This document shows, one piece after another, positions 54,180 through 63,771 of a stretch of 64,000 bases of DNA; position 1 is the stretch's first letter; each line of letters begins with the position of its first letter. The stretch comes from a virus (Duplodnaviria > Caudoviricetes), in IMG/VR virus record IMGVR_UViG_3300033066_001295, positions 1 through 64,000 of that record, one strand, 5' to 3'. Under the pieces are notes generated by a model. That model was given only the letters and a program-made list of their open reading frames with translations, was not told where the DNA came from and did not search any database. Position numbers and translations under genes: made by a program.

Positions 54180-55339
54180 TGACGGCTACCCAGCATTCTG
54201 TTATATCCAACATCAAAAAGGCTAAGAAGCCAGAGGACTTGTTTGGTCCAATCTCAACCGACGTATCCAAGCAACAGGAGACGCTGGAGAAGATCAAGCA
54301 AGTCTTCTGGAAGATGTCGAAGGTGATTCACCCTGACATCTACAAGGCCAAGGATGCTTCTGAGCTTTTTGACAAGCTTAACAAGCTCAGAGGCGAGGCT
54401 GAAAAGAAATGCACAGGTGAGAAGGACCCGTTGTACAACAACAACGGTGTTCTAGTTAAGCCAGTTGAGTTCAAAAGCCGACACCTCACCTACAGCCTGC
54501 TCAGAAGGTTGGCAAATGGAGGCACGTGTGGCATCTTTGAGGGCATAGCCAAGGACAGGCTCAATAACACACTGAATGTCATTGCTAGGGCAGCTAAAAG
54601 CTCGAAAGACAATGACTTGATGGAGAGAGAGGCAAAGGCTTTTGACATCATCAACAAAAAGCTGAAGGAGATCAGCCAGTGGGAAGAAGGAAAAAAAGCT
54701 GCTGAGCGTTTCTCGTGGAAAATCCCCTATTTTGTTGAGTCGGTCAAAATAAAGGAGCCTCACTCAGACAAGCTCAAGGTGGTGAACATCTTCTCCAGAC
54801 TTGATGAGTATAAGTCTGGGTGGTATTCACTTGAAGAGATTCACGCTCAGTATCCGAAGGGTGTTGATATGAGGATCGCTGCCTTCATTTTCAACAGAGT
54901 GCTTGAAGCTCTTACCCTTTCCCATAGCTGTGGTGTTATACACGGTGCTGTTACACCAAACCATATCCTAGTTCATGCTGAAACCCATGTTGGTAACTTA
55001 ATTGACTGGACATCTTCCTGCCATAGTGGTATAATAACAGTGCCATTCATGGACAAAAGATACACAGACTTTTTCGCCCCGGAAACACTCAATACCAAGG
55101 TGGCTTTTGCCTCCAGTGACATCTACATGGCAGCCAAGTGCATGGTGTACTTGATCGGTGAGGATCATGTCTGGACTCCTAAAGAGGAGCCAGTTCGCAA
55201 GGTTCTTAACCTTTGCCTTCAACCAAACAGAGCTTTGCGGCCAACAGCCGAGCAAGCTTATGAAAAATTTCGACAGGCTCTCAGAGACACATTCGGTGCC
55301 CCTAAGTTTGTCGAGTTAACAATGACCCAAAAGGTCTAA
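54179..55339 (+). CDS. J-domain plus Ser/Thr kinase-like protein
   Basis: HPD motif near the N-terminus; LANGG, HGAVTPNHIL, LIDW, APE, SDIY, RP. Confidence 0.8.
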   Translation: MTATQHSVISNIKKAKKPEDLFGPISTDVSKQQETLEKIKQVFWKMSKVIHPDIYKAKDASELFDKLNKLRGEAEKKCTGEKDPLYNNNGVLVKPVEFKSRHLTYSLLRRLANGGTCGIFEGIAKDRLNNTLNVIARAAKSSKDNDLMEREAKAFDIINKKLKEISQWEEGKKAAERFSWKIPYFVESVKIKEPHSDKLKVVNIFSRLDEYKSGWYSLEEIHAQYPKGVDMRIAAFIFNRVLEALTLSHSCGVIHGAVTPNHILVHAETHVGNLIDWTSSCHSGIITVPFMDKRYTDFFAPETLNTKVAFASSDIYMAAKCMVYLIGEDHVWTPKEEPVRKVLNLCLQPNRALRPTAEQAYEKFRQALRDTFGAPKFVELTMTQKV

Positions 55340-55356
55340 CCAAACACACACAACAT

Positions 55357-56394
55357 ATGGGATATTCACCTCCTAGCACAGTTGACTACAGCAAAGCTGC
55401 TGCTCAACTCAAACAGTCAGGTCAGTCGTTTGCCCGCTCTACAACAGCGGCAGCAACTGGCAACTACAGCAACATTGCTGACATCCTGAATCCGCGCAAA
55501 CTCAAGAACGGTCTCCGTGAATCGTGCTTTGCCAAGGGATTCAATGATGCAACACCAATCATCATCGCCCTTGATGGCACAGGCTCAATGGGTGCTGTTC
55601 CCGGAATCGTTCAGGACCAGCTTCCAAAGTTGATCGAACTGCTCGTTGAGCAAGGTGTCAGTGACCATCCAAACGTGATGTTCATGTGCTTTGATGACGA
55701 GCACGCCTGCCCTCCAGACGCCGTGTTCCAGATGTCTCAATTCGAGATCGGGGCAAAAGAGCTTGTCACCTCTCTCAATGAGATGATCATCCCCGGCAAT
55801 GGTGGTGGTAACAGTGGGGAAGCTTATCACCTCCCCATCTACGCCGCAGCCAATCACACAAAACTTGAGTGTTTTGAGCAGAATGGTCAGAAGGGCTTTT
55901 TCTTCCTCATCTGTGACGAAGAGCCTTACTACTACGCTGGCGACCCATCGGTTCATGGAACCAGCCCAGCTATCGCCAAGGAAGTGTTCGGTGACACACT
56001 GGAGAAGGAAGTGTCCATGCTCGACAGCCTCAAGAAGCTGGCTGAACGGTACCACGTCTTCTGCCTCCGTCCTGAACACACTTCGCACGGCAGGGACAAT
56101 GAGATCAAGAAGCTCTGGCAGAAGCTTTTCCGGGATGCCGGTGAAGACCCAGAACGTGTGATCAACGTCGGTGAGACTGAAGCTCTCATTTCAACCATGG
56201 CCATGACCATCGGTCGTCTGGCTGGCATTGATCGTTCACAGCTTGTGGACGTGCTCAAAGCCAAGGGTGCGGCAGGCGTTGACTCGGCTGACATTGCCAC
56301 TCTCGCTATCAGACCGGGTGAAGCCTTGGTCTCAGTTGGAGCCACCTCCAGTTCTCTGGTGGAAGGCGAAGACACCGGTCGTGACCGGTCGTAA
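55357..56394 (+). CDS. vWA domain protein
   Basis: LDGTGSM MIDAS, QMSQFE, GNGGGN.GEAY, KG.FF.I.DE. Confidence 0.85.
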   Translation: MGYSPPSTVDYSKAAAQLKQSGQSFARSTTAAATGNYSNIADILNPRKLKNGLRESCFAKGFNDATPIIIALDGTGSMGAVPGIVQDQLPKLIELLVEQGVSDHPNVMFMCFDDEHACPPDAVFQMSQFEIGAKELVTSLNEMIIPGNGGGNSGEAYHLPIYAAANHTKLECFEQNGQKGFFFLICDEEPYYYAGDPSVHGTSPAIAKEVFGDTLEKEVSMLDSLKKLAERYHVFCLRPEHTSHGRDNEIKKLWQKLFRDAGEDPERVINVGETEALISTMAMTIGRLAGIDRSQLVDVLKAKGAAGVDSADIATLAIRPGEALVSVGATSSSLVEGEDTGRDRS

Positions 56395-56446
56395 TTGACC
56401 AAACCCTTACGGCGGAGAGGAGTGTAAGCTCCCTCCGCTTCCCAAA

Positions 56447-56650
56447 ATGAAACCTCCTCAAAGCAGATATGACCTGATTCCTGAACTTCCTGAGAATGGA
56501 AGTTTCTTCCAACACTTTCCCGGTGTTTACTGCCAGAAGTGCGGGAGGGACTTTGCTTTGTACTCCTACAGTGTGTTCAAGCCTGATGGGGTTGATGAGA
56601 ACAAGAAACCATTTTATACCCGATGCTCCTTGTGTAGTCAGGGACGCTAA
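56447..56650 (+). CDS. small zinc-finger protein
   Basis: CQKC...CSLC. Confidence 0.5.
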   Translation: MKPPQSRYDLIPELPENGSFFQHFPGVYCQKCGRDFALYSYSVFKPDGVDENKKPFYTRCSLCSQGR

Positions 56651-56653
56651 TCT

Positions 56654-57970
56654 ATGTCACAGGCAAAAATCATTGTTGGATTAGGTTATGGAGACGAAGG
56701 CAAGGGCACTGTCGCTGATTATCTTTGTAAGGCAGAGGGTAGATCACTGGTGGTGAGATATAACGGCGGGTCACAAGCTGCCCACAATGTGGTTACTGAT
56801 GATGGTAGGCATCACACTTTCTCTCAGATTGGCAGTGGCACCTTTCAAGGGGCAGGAACTCTCCTGTCTCGTTATATGATGGTGGACCCGATAAGTCTTG
56901 CCATTGAAGCTATCAGGCTTTCACCCAAGCTCAGCTTACACGCTCTTAGCCATCATTATGTTGATGCTCGCGCCCCTGTTATAACACCATTCCATGGGGC
57001 TGCCAACAGGGTTAAAGAGTGGCTTAGAAAGTCAAAGCATGGCTCATGTGGTATGGGTATCGGTGAACTTGCTGAAGACCTTCTCTATAACCCAATGGAG
57101 GTGATACGTGTAGGTGACCTAGCACGAGGTTGTTCTGACACTTTGAAGAAGATTCAGGCAAGAAAACGTGCCCTCTTTGGCTCTATTGAACTAGGTTCTG
57201 TAGATGAAACCATCAAGGACTCAATAACCACTCTGCTCGATCCAAGAGTTATAACAGAAATAGACTCGTCCTTCAGAAGTATAAGTGAAGAACTCAATAT
57301 TCTGAATGAGGACCAAGTAAATGACTTGCTGAAGAAGAATAGCCTTCTGTTCGAGGGTGCTCAGGGGGTTGGCTTGGATGAGTGGCATGGCTTCCACCCC
57401 TACACAACATGGTCAACTACGACTCAGTTTAATGCCCTGAAGGTTCTTGAGGAAGCTGGCATCAAAGACTTTGAGACAGTTGGCATTCTAAGGTCCTACT
57501 CAACAAGGCACGGTGCTGGTCCTTTTGTTACAGAGGATGCATCAATGTCATCCATATCACCTAAAGAGCACAATCGCAAAGGACTCTATCAAGGGTCATT
57601 TCGTTCAGGACCTTTTGATGCTGTTCTTACCCGATATACCTCTGGGTGTGTGAACAAAATATCACCTCTCACAGGTGTGGCTGTCACTCACATGGACCTG
57701 TTTGAAGCTGCTGGTAGAAAATACTGCGACAGCTATGTGAGTAAGGACGATTGGCCATATCACCTGAAGCCAAGGTTCGATAAAAACTTGGATGCCCAAG
57801 AAAAGATGGGTGCTGATGTGTCTAGTTGCTCACCACTTCTTGCTGAAGCTGGAAGTTCTGACGAATTTCTTGGCTATGTCGGCAAGTGGTGTCACGCTCC
57901 AGTAAGTATCATTTCATGTGGCCCAGCCACAGCAGACAAAGTAATAACAGAATGCAGGGTGAAAAAGTGA
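56654..57970 (+). CDS. divergent adenylosuccinate synthetase-like enzyme
   Basis: GLGYGDEGKG, RYNGG.QAAH.V, HGSCG.GIG, FEGAQG..LD, PYTT.S, TRHGAGPF, S.GP. Confidence 0.9.
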   Translation: MSQAKIIVGLGYGDEGKGTVADYLCKAEGRSLVVRYNGGSQAAHNVVTDDGRHHTFSQIGSGTFQGAGTLLSRYMMVDPISLAIEAIRLSPKLSLHALSHHYVDARAPVITPFHGAANRVKEWLRKSKHGSCGMGIGELAEDLLYNPMEVIRVGDLARGCSDTLKKIQARKRALFGSIELGSVDETIKDSITTLLDPRVITEIDSSFRSISEELNILNEDQVNDLLKKNSLLFEGAQGVGLDEWHGFHPYTTWSTTTQFNALKVLEEAGIKDFETVGILRSYSTRHGAGPFVTEDASMSSISPKEHNRKGLYQGSFRSGPFDAVLTRYTSGCVNKISPLTGVAVTHMDLFEAAGRKYCDSYVSKDDWPYHLKPRFDKNLDAQEKMGADVSSCSPLLAEAGSSDEFLGYVGKWCHAPVSIISCGPATADKVITECRVKK

Positions 57971-58099
57971 TCCAAAAGGCTGATACCGGTGAATACTGGT
58001 TGTCATCTAAACTGAAGTGGGTTAGTGATATAAAGGACGCAACAAAGTTTCCGTCCAAGTATGCCGCAAAGCAAGAAGCTTGGGCTATCATGAACCATC

Positions 58100-59101
58100 A
58101 TGTCAATGAACAACTCACCGTCGTCTCCGCAGATTAACCTTGCTGTCATAGACGCTCATAACCACCTTCACAAGTATCATCACAAGGTGCCTGAAGAGGC
58201 AACTCTCTGCTACTCATGGGGGTCAATGCTTTCGTCTCTGATAAGGGACCTTAACTTGAATGGGGCTGTTGCTGTCTTCGACCCATTGGTGAAGGAACCC
58301 AAACCGGGTAGAAAACCAACGCCGGAAAGAATAGCCCGAGACCAGCCCGATATTCAGCGCATCTGTGAGGCTGTAGGTATCCCGGCAATAAACCCTTCTG
58401 AGCTTCTTGAAGAAGGTGACCAGTTGGTTGCGGACATTTGTTATAACCTTCCTTTTGAGAAGTTTGAGCGGATGTGGGGGGAACATACACTCAACGTCTA
58501 TATTGTATCATCAGACAAGGATTTCGCTCAGCTTGTTACAACCGAAAAGATTGGTAATTGCTCACTCAACGTACGTCTTGTCAGAAGGGAGGATGAAAGC
58601 TGGAAGATTTATGACGAGCCAAGGGTGCTAAGCAAGTGGGGGGTGAGACCAGACCAAATAGTTGATTATCTGACATTGGTTGGTGATTCAACAGACGGCA
58701 TTCCGGGAGTGAAGGGGATAGGTGAGAAAACAGCAGCAGCCATCCTTACAGTGTATGGCTCCATTCAGAACTTGCTGCTCAAGTCATCCGGCCTTTCAGC
58801 AGACGATTTCATAGAAAAGTTCAGGAGTGGTGAGCTTGTGCTTAACCCAGTACCATCTTTTACACAAACAAACGCAAATAACATGTCATACTCATTGCCG
58901 TTTATAGCAGAACGCAGGGCGATGATCGAATTAACACCAAGAAGACTCCAGAGCTTCCCAAATTTGTTCGGCACAACGCCTAATATCACTAAAACCATGA
59001 TGTTGCTTGGCTCTTTTGGCCTGTCTGACATGGCGGCTAAGCTTGCAGAAGGTAGATTGTGGCGAAAAACACGTCAAATAACAGAAAAAAAGCCTGTTTG
59101 A
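58100..59101 (+). CDS. 5'-3' exonuclease / RNase H (FEN-like)
   Basis: IDAHN, VFD, EGD, SSDKDFAQL, LVGDSTDGIPGVKGIGEKTA. Confidence 0.92.
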   Translation: MSMNNSPSSPQINLAVIDAHNHLHKYHHKVPEEATLCYSWGSMLSSLIRDLNLNGAVAVFDPLVKEPKPGRKPTPERIARDQPDIQRICEAVGIPAINPSELLEEGDQLVADICYNLPFEKFERMWGEHTLNVYIVSSDKDFAQLVTTEKIGNCSLNVRLVRREDESWKIYDEPRVLSKWGVRPDQIVDYLTLVGDSTDGIPGVKGIGEKTAAAILTVYGSIQNLLLKSSGLSADDFIEKFRSGELVLNPVPSFTQTNANNMSYSLPFIAERRAMIELTPRRLQSFPNLFGTTPNITKTMMLLGSFGLSDMAAKLAEGRLWRKTRQITEKKPV

Positions 59102-59126
59102 CAACAGACTGACCTAGTGCTATAGT
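59098..59126 (+). promoter_or_regulatory. early promoter variant
   Basis: TTGACA-17 nt (GACTGAC)-TATAGT, 7 nt before ATG 59134. Confidence 0.7.
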
Positions 59127-59133
59127 CCAAAAC

Positions 59134-59742
59134 ATGGAATATTACATTAATCCAGTGCTACTCATCCCAATTTACAAGGAGATTGCGGACAAATATCACA
59201 ACAAAATTCACAAACAGGTACGCAAGTATAACGGTTTGCCGTACACAACTCACACGGATGAGGTTGAATTGCTCGTTGCCTCTGTAGAGCCTAACAATGT
59301 TGTTGCTAGAGCAGCAGCCCACGGGCACGATCTGTATGAGGATGTCTTCCCCCTCCTGTCTAATGAGGACTTCAAGGGTAAAATGGAGCAGGAGGTGAAG
59401 CACTTCCTATCTCTTGAGCTTTTCCCAGAAATAAGGGCCACTGTGCGTAGAATCAATGATGTTATCATTGAGTTAAGCAACGAATTCACTCCTGAACGTC
59501 ACCCAGTCCTTAATCGCAACAAGCGAAAAGAGCTTGAACGTGAGAGACTGGCATCAGTTTCAGATGATGCACAAACTGTGAAGCTTGCTGACATCATCAG
59601 CAACACAAGTAAGATTTTTGAAGAAGACCCTGACTGGGCAAGAATCTACACTGGTGAGAAAAGAGAGGTTGTGCCCCGGTTAACACGTGGTAATAGAGTG
59701 TTACATGAGAGGGCAAAGAAGAATGTCGAAAGACGAAGCTAG
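59134..59742 (+). CDS. HD-domain hydrolase (SpoT/Mesh1-like)
   Basis: H..Q.RK....PY..H, HD..ED, VKLAD..SN. Confidence 0.85.
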   Translation: MEYYINPVLLIPIYKEIADKYHNKIHKQVRKYNGLPYTTHTDEVELLVASVEPNNVVARAAAHGHDLYEDVFPLLSNEDFKGKMEQEVKHFLSLELFPEIRATVRRINDVIIELSNEFTPERHPVLNRNKRKELERERLASVSDDAQTVKLADIISNTSKIFEEDPDWARIYTGEKREVVPRLTRGNRVLHERAKKNVERRS

Positions 59743-59975
59743 TTTTCTTGTTCAAACAGCAATCAAGGCTGTTGAACAGGCAGGATTTGTTGTGCTTGCT
59801 GACTTCCGTGATTCAAGCAAGGGCAACACCCTCGAACGGATCGACAAGAACACAGTCCATGCCGTGGAAAAGCCTGAACCTTTTTTCACTGAGGCTAGTT
59901 GACAAGTAACCGTTATTAGCCTACATGTTACTGGTAGGTGGAGTTGTAAGAAAGACACTCCCCGTAACTATTAAC

Positions 59976-60668
59976 ATGCCAAGTGAGTTCATAAACCTTT
60001 TTGAATCCGGGCTGTCACGTGTGTGGCAAGCCTCAGAGAAGTTTGATATAGCCATGCTGACAGCGTGGCGAAACAGGATGATGAACTGTGTTAAGAAGGA
60101 TCACTGCACTGGTGAGGTCCTGACACGTGAGCAGAAGAACGAGAGGAATACCCATCTGAAGGCTGCTCTGCTCCAAAGAGGCTATGGTGTAACAAAAATC
60201 GACGGTAGCTACATTGAAGAGTACTCAACCTCGAATGAGAAAGAGTGTGCTGAGCAGTCATTCTTTGTTGTTAACCTGAACAACGATTTTTCATTTACCC
60301 ACGTCATAGCAAAGCTTGGTGCCGAATACTGCCAGTCTTCTGTCTTTCTCAAGCCTGTAGGTGATGCACCTTACCTTCTTGGAACAAACAATGAGGAGTG
60401 GCCCGGTTTGTGGAAAAAGATTGCGCTTCCTAACCTAAAAGTCGGATGGGATAGGGAGCCAGCCAAGGTTGATGGGAAAGAAATTCCCGGAAGACCAAGA
60501 GCTAGCTATATGGGCTACTCAAAAGTTGGGGGCAGGCCCTTCGGCTGGACAGAGAGCCTTGAGACCAAAAGCATCTTGCAGAACAACGCAAAGTCAGTTG
60601 TTGCCCTGTGGGGAATGAAAGTCCTTGAGAGTGCCGGTGTCAAAGATGCACCGTTTACAAAGCAATGA
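59976..60668 (+). CDS. putative head-packaged protein
   Basis: FINLFESGLSR; TAACTAT 4 nt upstream. Confidence 0.7.
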   Translation: MPSEFINLFESGLSRVWQASEKFDIAMLTAWRNRMMNCVKKDHCTGEVLTREQKNERNTHLKAALLQRGYGVTKIDGSYIEEYSTSNEKECAEQSFFVVNLNNDFSFTHVIAKLGAEYCQSSVFLKPVGDAPYLLGTNNEEWPGLWKKIALPNLKVGWDREPAKVDGKEIPGRPRASYMGYSKVGGRPFGWTESLETKSILQNNAKSVVALWGMKVLESAGVKDAPFTKQ

Positions 60669-61486
60669 ACCTAACAGAAACACCAGATACAATTAGGTTT
60701 AGCAAGCTCGTGTCACTGAGCTTTGATAACCCGGCAGCAACCACCTTTGTCGTTTTACCCGGAGGATGTGTCCTTGCCTCAAAACGTCCACACCAGTTCA
60801 TTTATAATGCTCTACGTATCTGCACAGGTGAGAGGCCTTACCTTGGCCAGACAGTAAAGAGGTCTGGGAAAGAAGCACTGAAGGTGCTAAAGGACTATGA
60901 GTCATGGGTAGCACCGGGATTGCCTTTATCAGAAGAGGCCATTGATGGTGTAATTGAGGCTCAAAAGAATTACAAAGGTAACCAGCAAGCAGGAGACTTC
61001 TGGAGGTCTGTTCTTGTTGTTGGACGCTTGTGGAAAAATGTGAAGATACCTGAGATCGGTGTAGTATCAGCCATGTCATTTTGGCTTTCGTCTGAAAAGC
61101 TCACCAACTCTGTCATTAGTGCCCTATCCAATGCCTTTAAGGTGACTGGACCACTCTATGTGGAAACACTGGACTCATCGAAGCCTGATCTGTATAACGC
61201 TCCATCAGACACCTTCTTGCCAGCCGAGAAGAGGCCAGTCTCTAGCTCAATAGCACCTCATCTGAGTAAGGAGGAGATATTTGACATTGTTGCTAGAGCA
61301 CATAATGCTCCTTGGACTCTGAACGCTCTGGAAAGAGAAGTTGCCGCCGAATGGTACGGTAAAGGCCTTCCAGTTCCGGGGACAGATGGTGGTTACAGCA
61401 CTAGGGCTGAGTTGAACTTCAGGAAAACCATTGGTGACTCAGTGATCAAGACCAGATTTCTTGATCTTTTTGAGAAGCACCCTTGA
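60665..61486 (+). CDS. hypothetical (virion-associated?) protein
   Basis: MNLTE start; C-terminal FLDLFE. Confidence 0.65.
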   Translation: MNLTETPDTIRFSKLVSLSFDNPAATTFVVLPGGCVLASKRPHQFIYNALRICTGERPYLGQTVKRSGKEALKVLKDYESWVAPGLPLSEEAIDGVIEAQKNYKGNQQAGDFWRSVLVVGRLWKNVKIPEIGVVSAMSFWLSSEKLTNSVISALSNAFKVTGPLYVETLDSSKPDLYNAPSDTFLPAEKRPVSSSIAPHLSKEEIFDIVARAHNAPWTLNALEREVAAEWYGKGLPVPGTDGGYSTRAELNFRKTIGDSVIKTRFLDLFEKHP

Positions 61487-61531
61487 TACAGTTTGCGTCT
61501 TCTCGGTTCTCGGTATGTACTTCATGGAGAC

Positions 61532-61969
61532 ATGGAGTTCAAACTGGTCGAGTCTAAAAAGCCCCATCTTTGCAAGGTAAAGTTCTGCCGCAATCGTCAT
61601 GCTAAAGGTAGAATTCTATGCTGGAAGCACGCAATGCAGCGGTGGAGGGCTAATAACCCGAAGAAGTGTGTGTATTACAACATCAAGGACAGGGCCAGAA
61701 AGAGGGATGTTGAGTTTACACTAACCTTGGCTGAGTTTCTTCAGTTCTGTGATGACACAGGCTATCTTAGTGTAAAAGGTATGCATGTGGACCGGATAGA
61801 CGCCACCGAAGGCTACCATCTCTGGAACATTCAGGCCTTGATAGGCTCGGAAAACATCGCCAAGGGTAACAGGGAAAGACATTCACCAAGGTATCAGGAG
61901 TACCTTCGCAAGAAGAGGGAGAAAGAGCTTCAGGAGAGTGGTCTAACTGAAGAAGACTGCCCTTTTTGA
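61532..61969 (+). CDS. HNH-like endonuclease
   Basis: RA.KR..EF.LT, VDRID...GY...NI......N..KG. Confidence 0.75.
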   Translation: MEFKLVESKKPHLCKVKFCRNRHAKGRILCWKHAMQRWRANNPKKCVYYNIKDRARKRDVEFTLTLAEFLQFCDDTGYLSVKGMHVDRIDATEGYHLWNIQALIGSENIAKGNRERHSPRYQEYLRKKREKELQESGLTEEDCPF

Positions 61970-62068
61970 ATTATTTCTTGACACACTTTTCAGTTTGTGT
62001 CAAACTTTCGTCGGACGCCTGCTGTGCGTCGGGTAGTTAGAAACGGCTACTGAAACAGCGAAGACAAA

Positions 62069-63040
62069 GTGAATAAAAAATACAAAGAAAAGCTGGAGGC
62101 AGCTAAAAGCCTCATTGTGGACTATGTCCGGGTTGTTGATCCAAATGCCGATGCGGCACCTATTATCCCAACCTTTCTCAGTGGTGAAGACGCACCTAAC
62201 ATCACTACAAACACTGAACTAAAAGCGGAAGCTTTTGAGTACAGGGTCAAGGAAAGTGGTGCTATAACAGAAGAAGGTCTAGCACTTCTGTCACATGAAG
62301 ACATCGGTGACATTCTTGTCAAAGCTCAGGTATCAGTTGATGCCGTTCCAAAGGTCCTAGCCAAGCAGGTTGCCGGGGTATTCAGGAGTAGTGAAAGCAA
62401 GTCAGGGTGTAAGTCAGGGTATGTCTCGTCACGAAAAGCCGAGGCCATGACACTTCGTGAGCTACTTGAAGCTTATGATCCTCTGGACCCGGATAACTCA
62501 GTTGGATCGCGGCTTAAAAGCCTGTCAGGTGGCAAGCCATTCCTTGTTTTCAACTATGACGCCAAGAGCCTGAATGTTGATGACAGCTTGTTCCTTCTGG
62601 AGGAGGTTAGGGCTGGCTACAATCCGCGCCAACACTACAATGGTGAGCCGGTTTGTAAGGTTGGCGATGTTGGAGTCCACCTCTGTGTGAATGAGAACCC
62701 ACTTTTTCCGGGCAGGCCACTTCGTAGTGACGGCACTTGTGACATGACAAATCGTTCATGGAAGGGTGTCTCTCTTGAAACTGAGCAACTAGCTAGCCTG
62801 ATTGACTTGAGTAGTGAAAGCTCCAGAAAAGCAGGAGTTACAGCCAACACCATTCTCGACATTGTAGAAGTAGCTGGAGCTAAAGATGGGTTCAAACGCC
62901 TTGGGGATCGTTTCCCAGAAGCTCTTGTCAAGTTTAACACTCTCAAGAGGGAGGGCAAGCTACCAAGCCTTCAGGTATATCTCAACCCACTAACCAAAAA
63001 ACCAACTAGTCTGTTCTCAGGAGGAAAAAAAGTATCATGA
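62069..63040 (+). CDS. hypothetical protein
   Basis: 323 aa ORF with GTG start. Confidence 0.7.
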   Translation: MNKKYKEKLEAAKSLIVDYVRVVDPNADAAPIIPTFLSGEDAPNITTNTELKAEAFEYRVKESGAITEEGLALLSHEDIGDILVKAQVSVDAVPKVLAKQVAGVFRSSESKSGCKSGYVSSRKAEAMTLRELLEAYDPLDPDNSVGSRLKSLSGGKPFLVFNYDAKSLNVDDSLFLLEEVRAGYNPRQHYNGEPVCKVGDVGVHLCVNENPLFPGRPLRSDGTCDMTNRSWKGVSLETEQLASLIDLSSESSRKAGVTANTILDIVEVAGAKDGFKRLGDRFPEALVKFNTLKREGKLPSLQVYLNPLTKKPTSLFSGGKKVS

Positions 63041-63750
63041 TCACAAAATCAATCACCATTCTCGACAAATCAGGCTCGATGGGGTCAGCACGTGCTGGCA
63101 CCATCAAAGGCCTCAATGAACTTATCCAGCAGATCAAGCTGGATTCAAAGGAGGGGAAGGAAATCAAAGCCAGCCTTATAACATTCAATGGCAGTGTCTT
63201 TGAAAACTTCTGGAATATCAGTGCTGACGAGCTTCATGAGATCACTGAAGAAGACTACGTTCCAGAAGGTGGTACGGCCATGAATGATGCAATTGGCTAT
63301 GTCTGTCAGAAGCTTCTTGATGAAAAAGCTGAAGATGCGCCAAACACGAGGTATGAGATAAGTGTAATCACTGATGGTGACACCAACTGTGACAGAAAGT
63401 ACTCCTTTGAGACCATCAAGGAGTTCATTGAGTCTGGCAGGGCGGCTGGGAATTTCACGATTTCTTGGATTGGATGCTCTGAAAGCCATGCTCTGCGTAT
63501 GGCTAAAGCTTACGCTGTCCCTGTCGGTAGCATGGCAAGCTACACCACTGGAAGTAATGTTGGTGCTGAGGCTGCTTTCAGAGGTCTGAAGGAAAGACGT
63601 TCTGCCTTCTACAGCAGTGATCTAGCTGCTACGTGCTGCATGATGAGTGCAGGTGACACGGTAGCCGATTTCACTGTCAAGCCTGAAACTCTAGCGGGCC
63701 TGACAACCACTACTACGGCCTCTTCAGTTGATTTGGTGGAGAAAAAATGA
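63037..63750 (+). CDS. vWA domain protein
   Basis: ILDKSGSM, Y.P.GGTA..DAI, ITDG..N. Confidence 0.88.
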   Translation: MITKSITILDKSGSMGSARAGTIKGLNELIQQIKLDSKEGKEIKASLITFNGSVFENFWNISADELHEITEEDYVPEGGTAMNDAIGYVCQKLLDEKAEDAPNTRYEISVITDGDTNCDRKYSFETIKEFIESGRAAGNFTISWIGCSESHALRMAKAYAVPVGSMASYTTGSNVGAEAAFRGLKERRSAFYSSDLAATCCMMSAGDTVADFTVKPETLAGLTTTTTASSVDLVEKK

Positions 63751-63771
63751 GCAAAAAATGATATTTCCTAT

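Noticed and set aside
56654-57970. PurZ / Z-genome pathway
   Set aside because: GDEGKG keeps the PurA Asp; the nearby HD protein looks SpoT/Mesh1-like rather than DatZ-like, and no MazZ is seen in the window.
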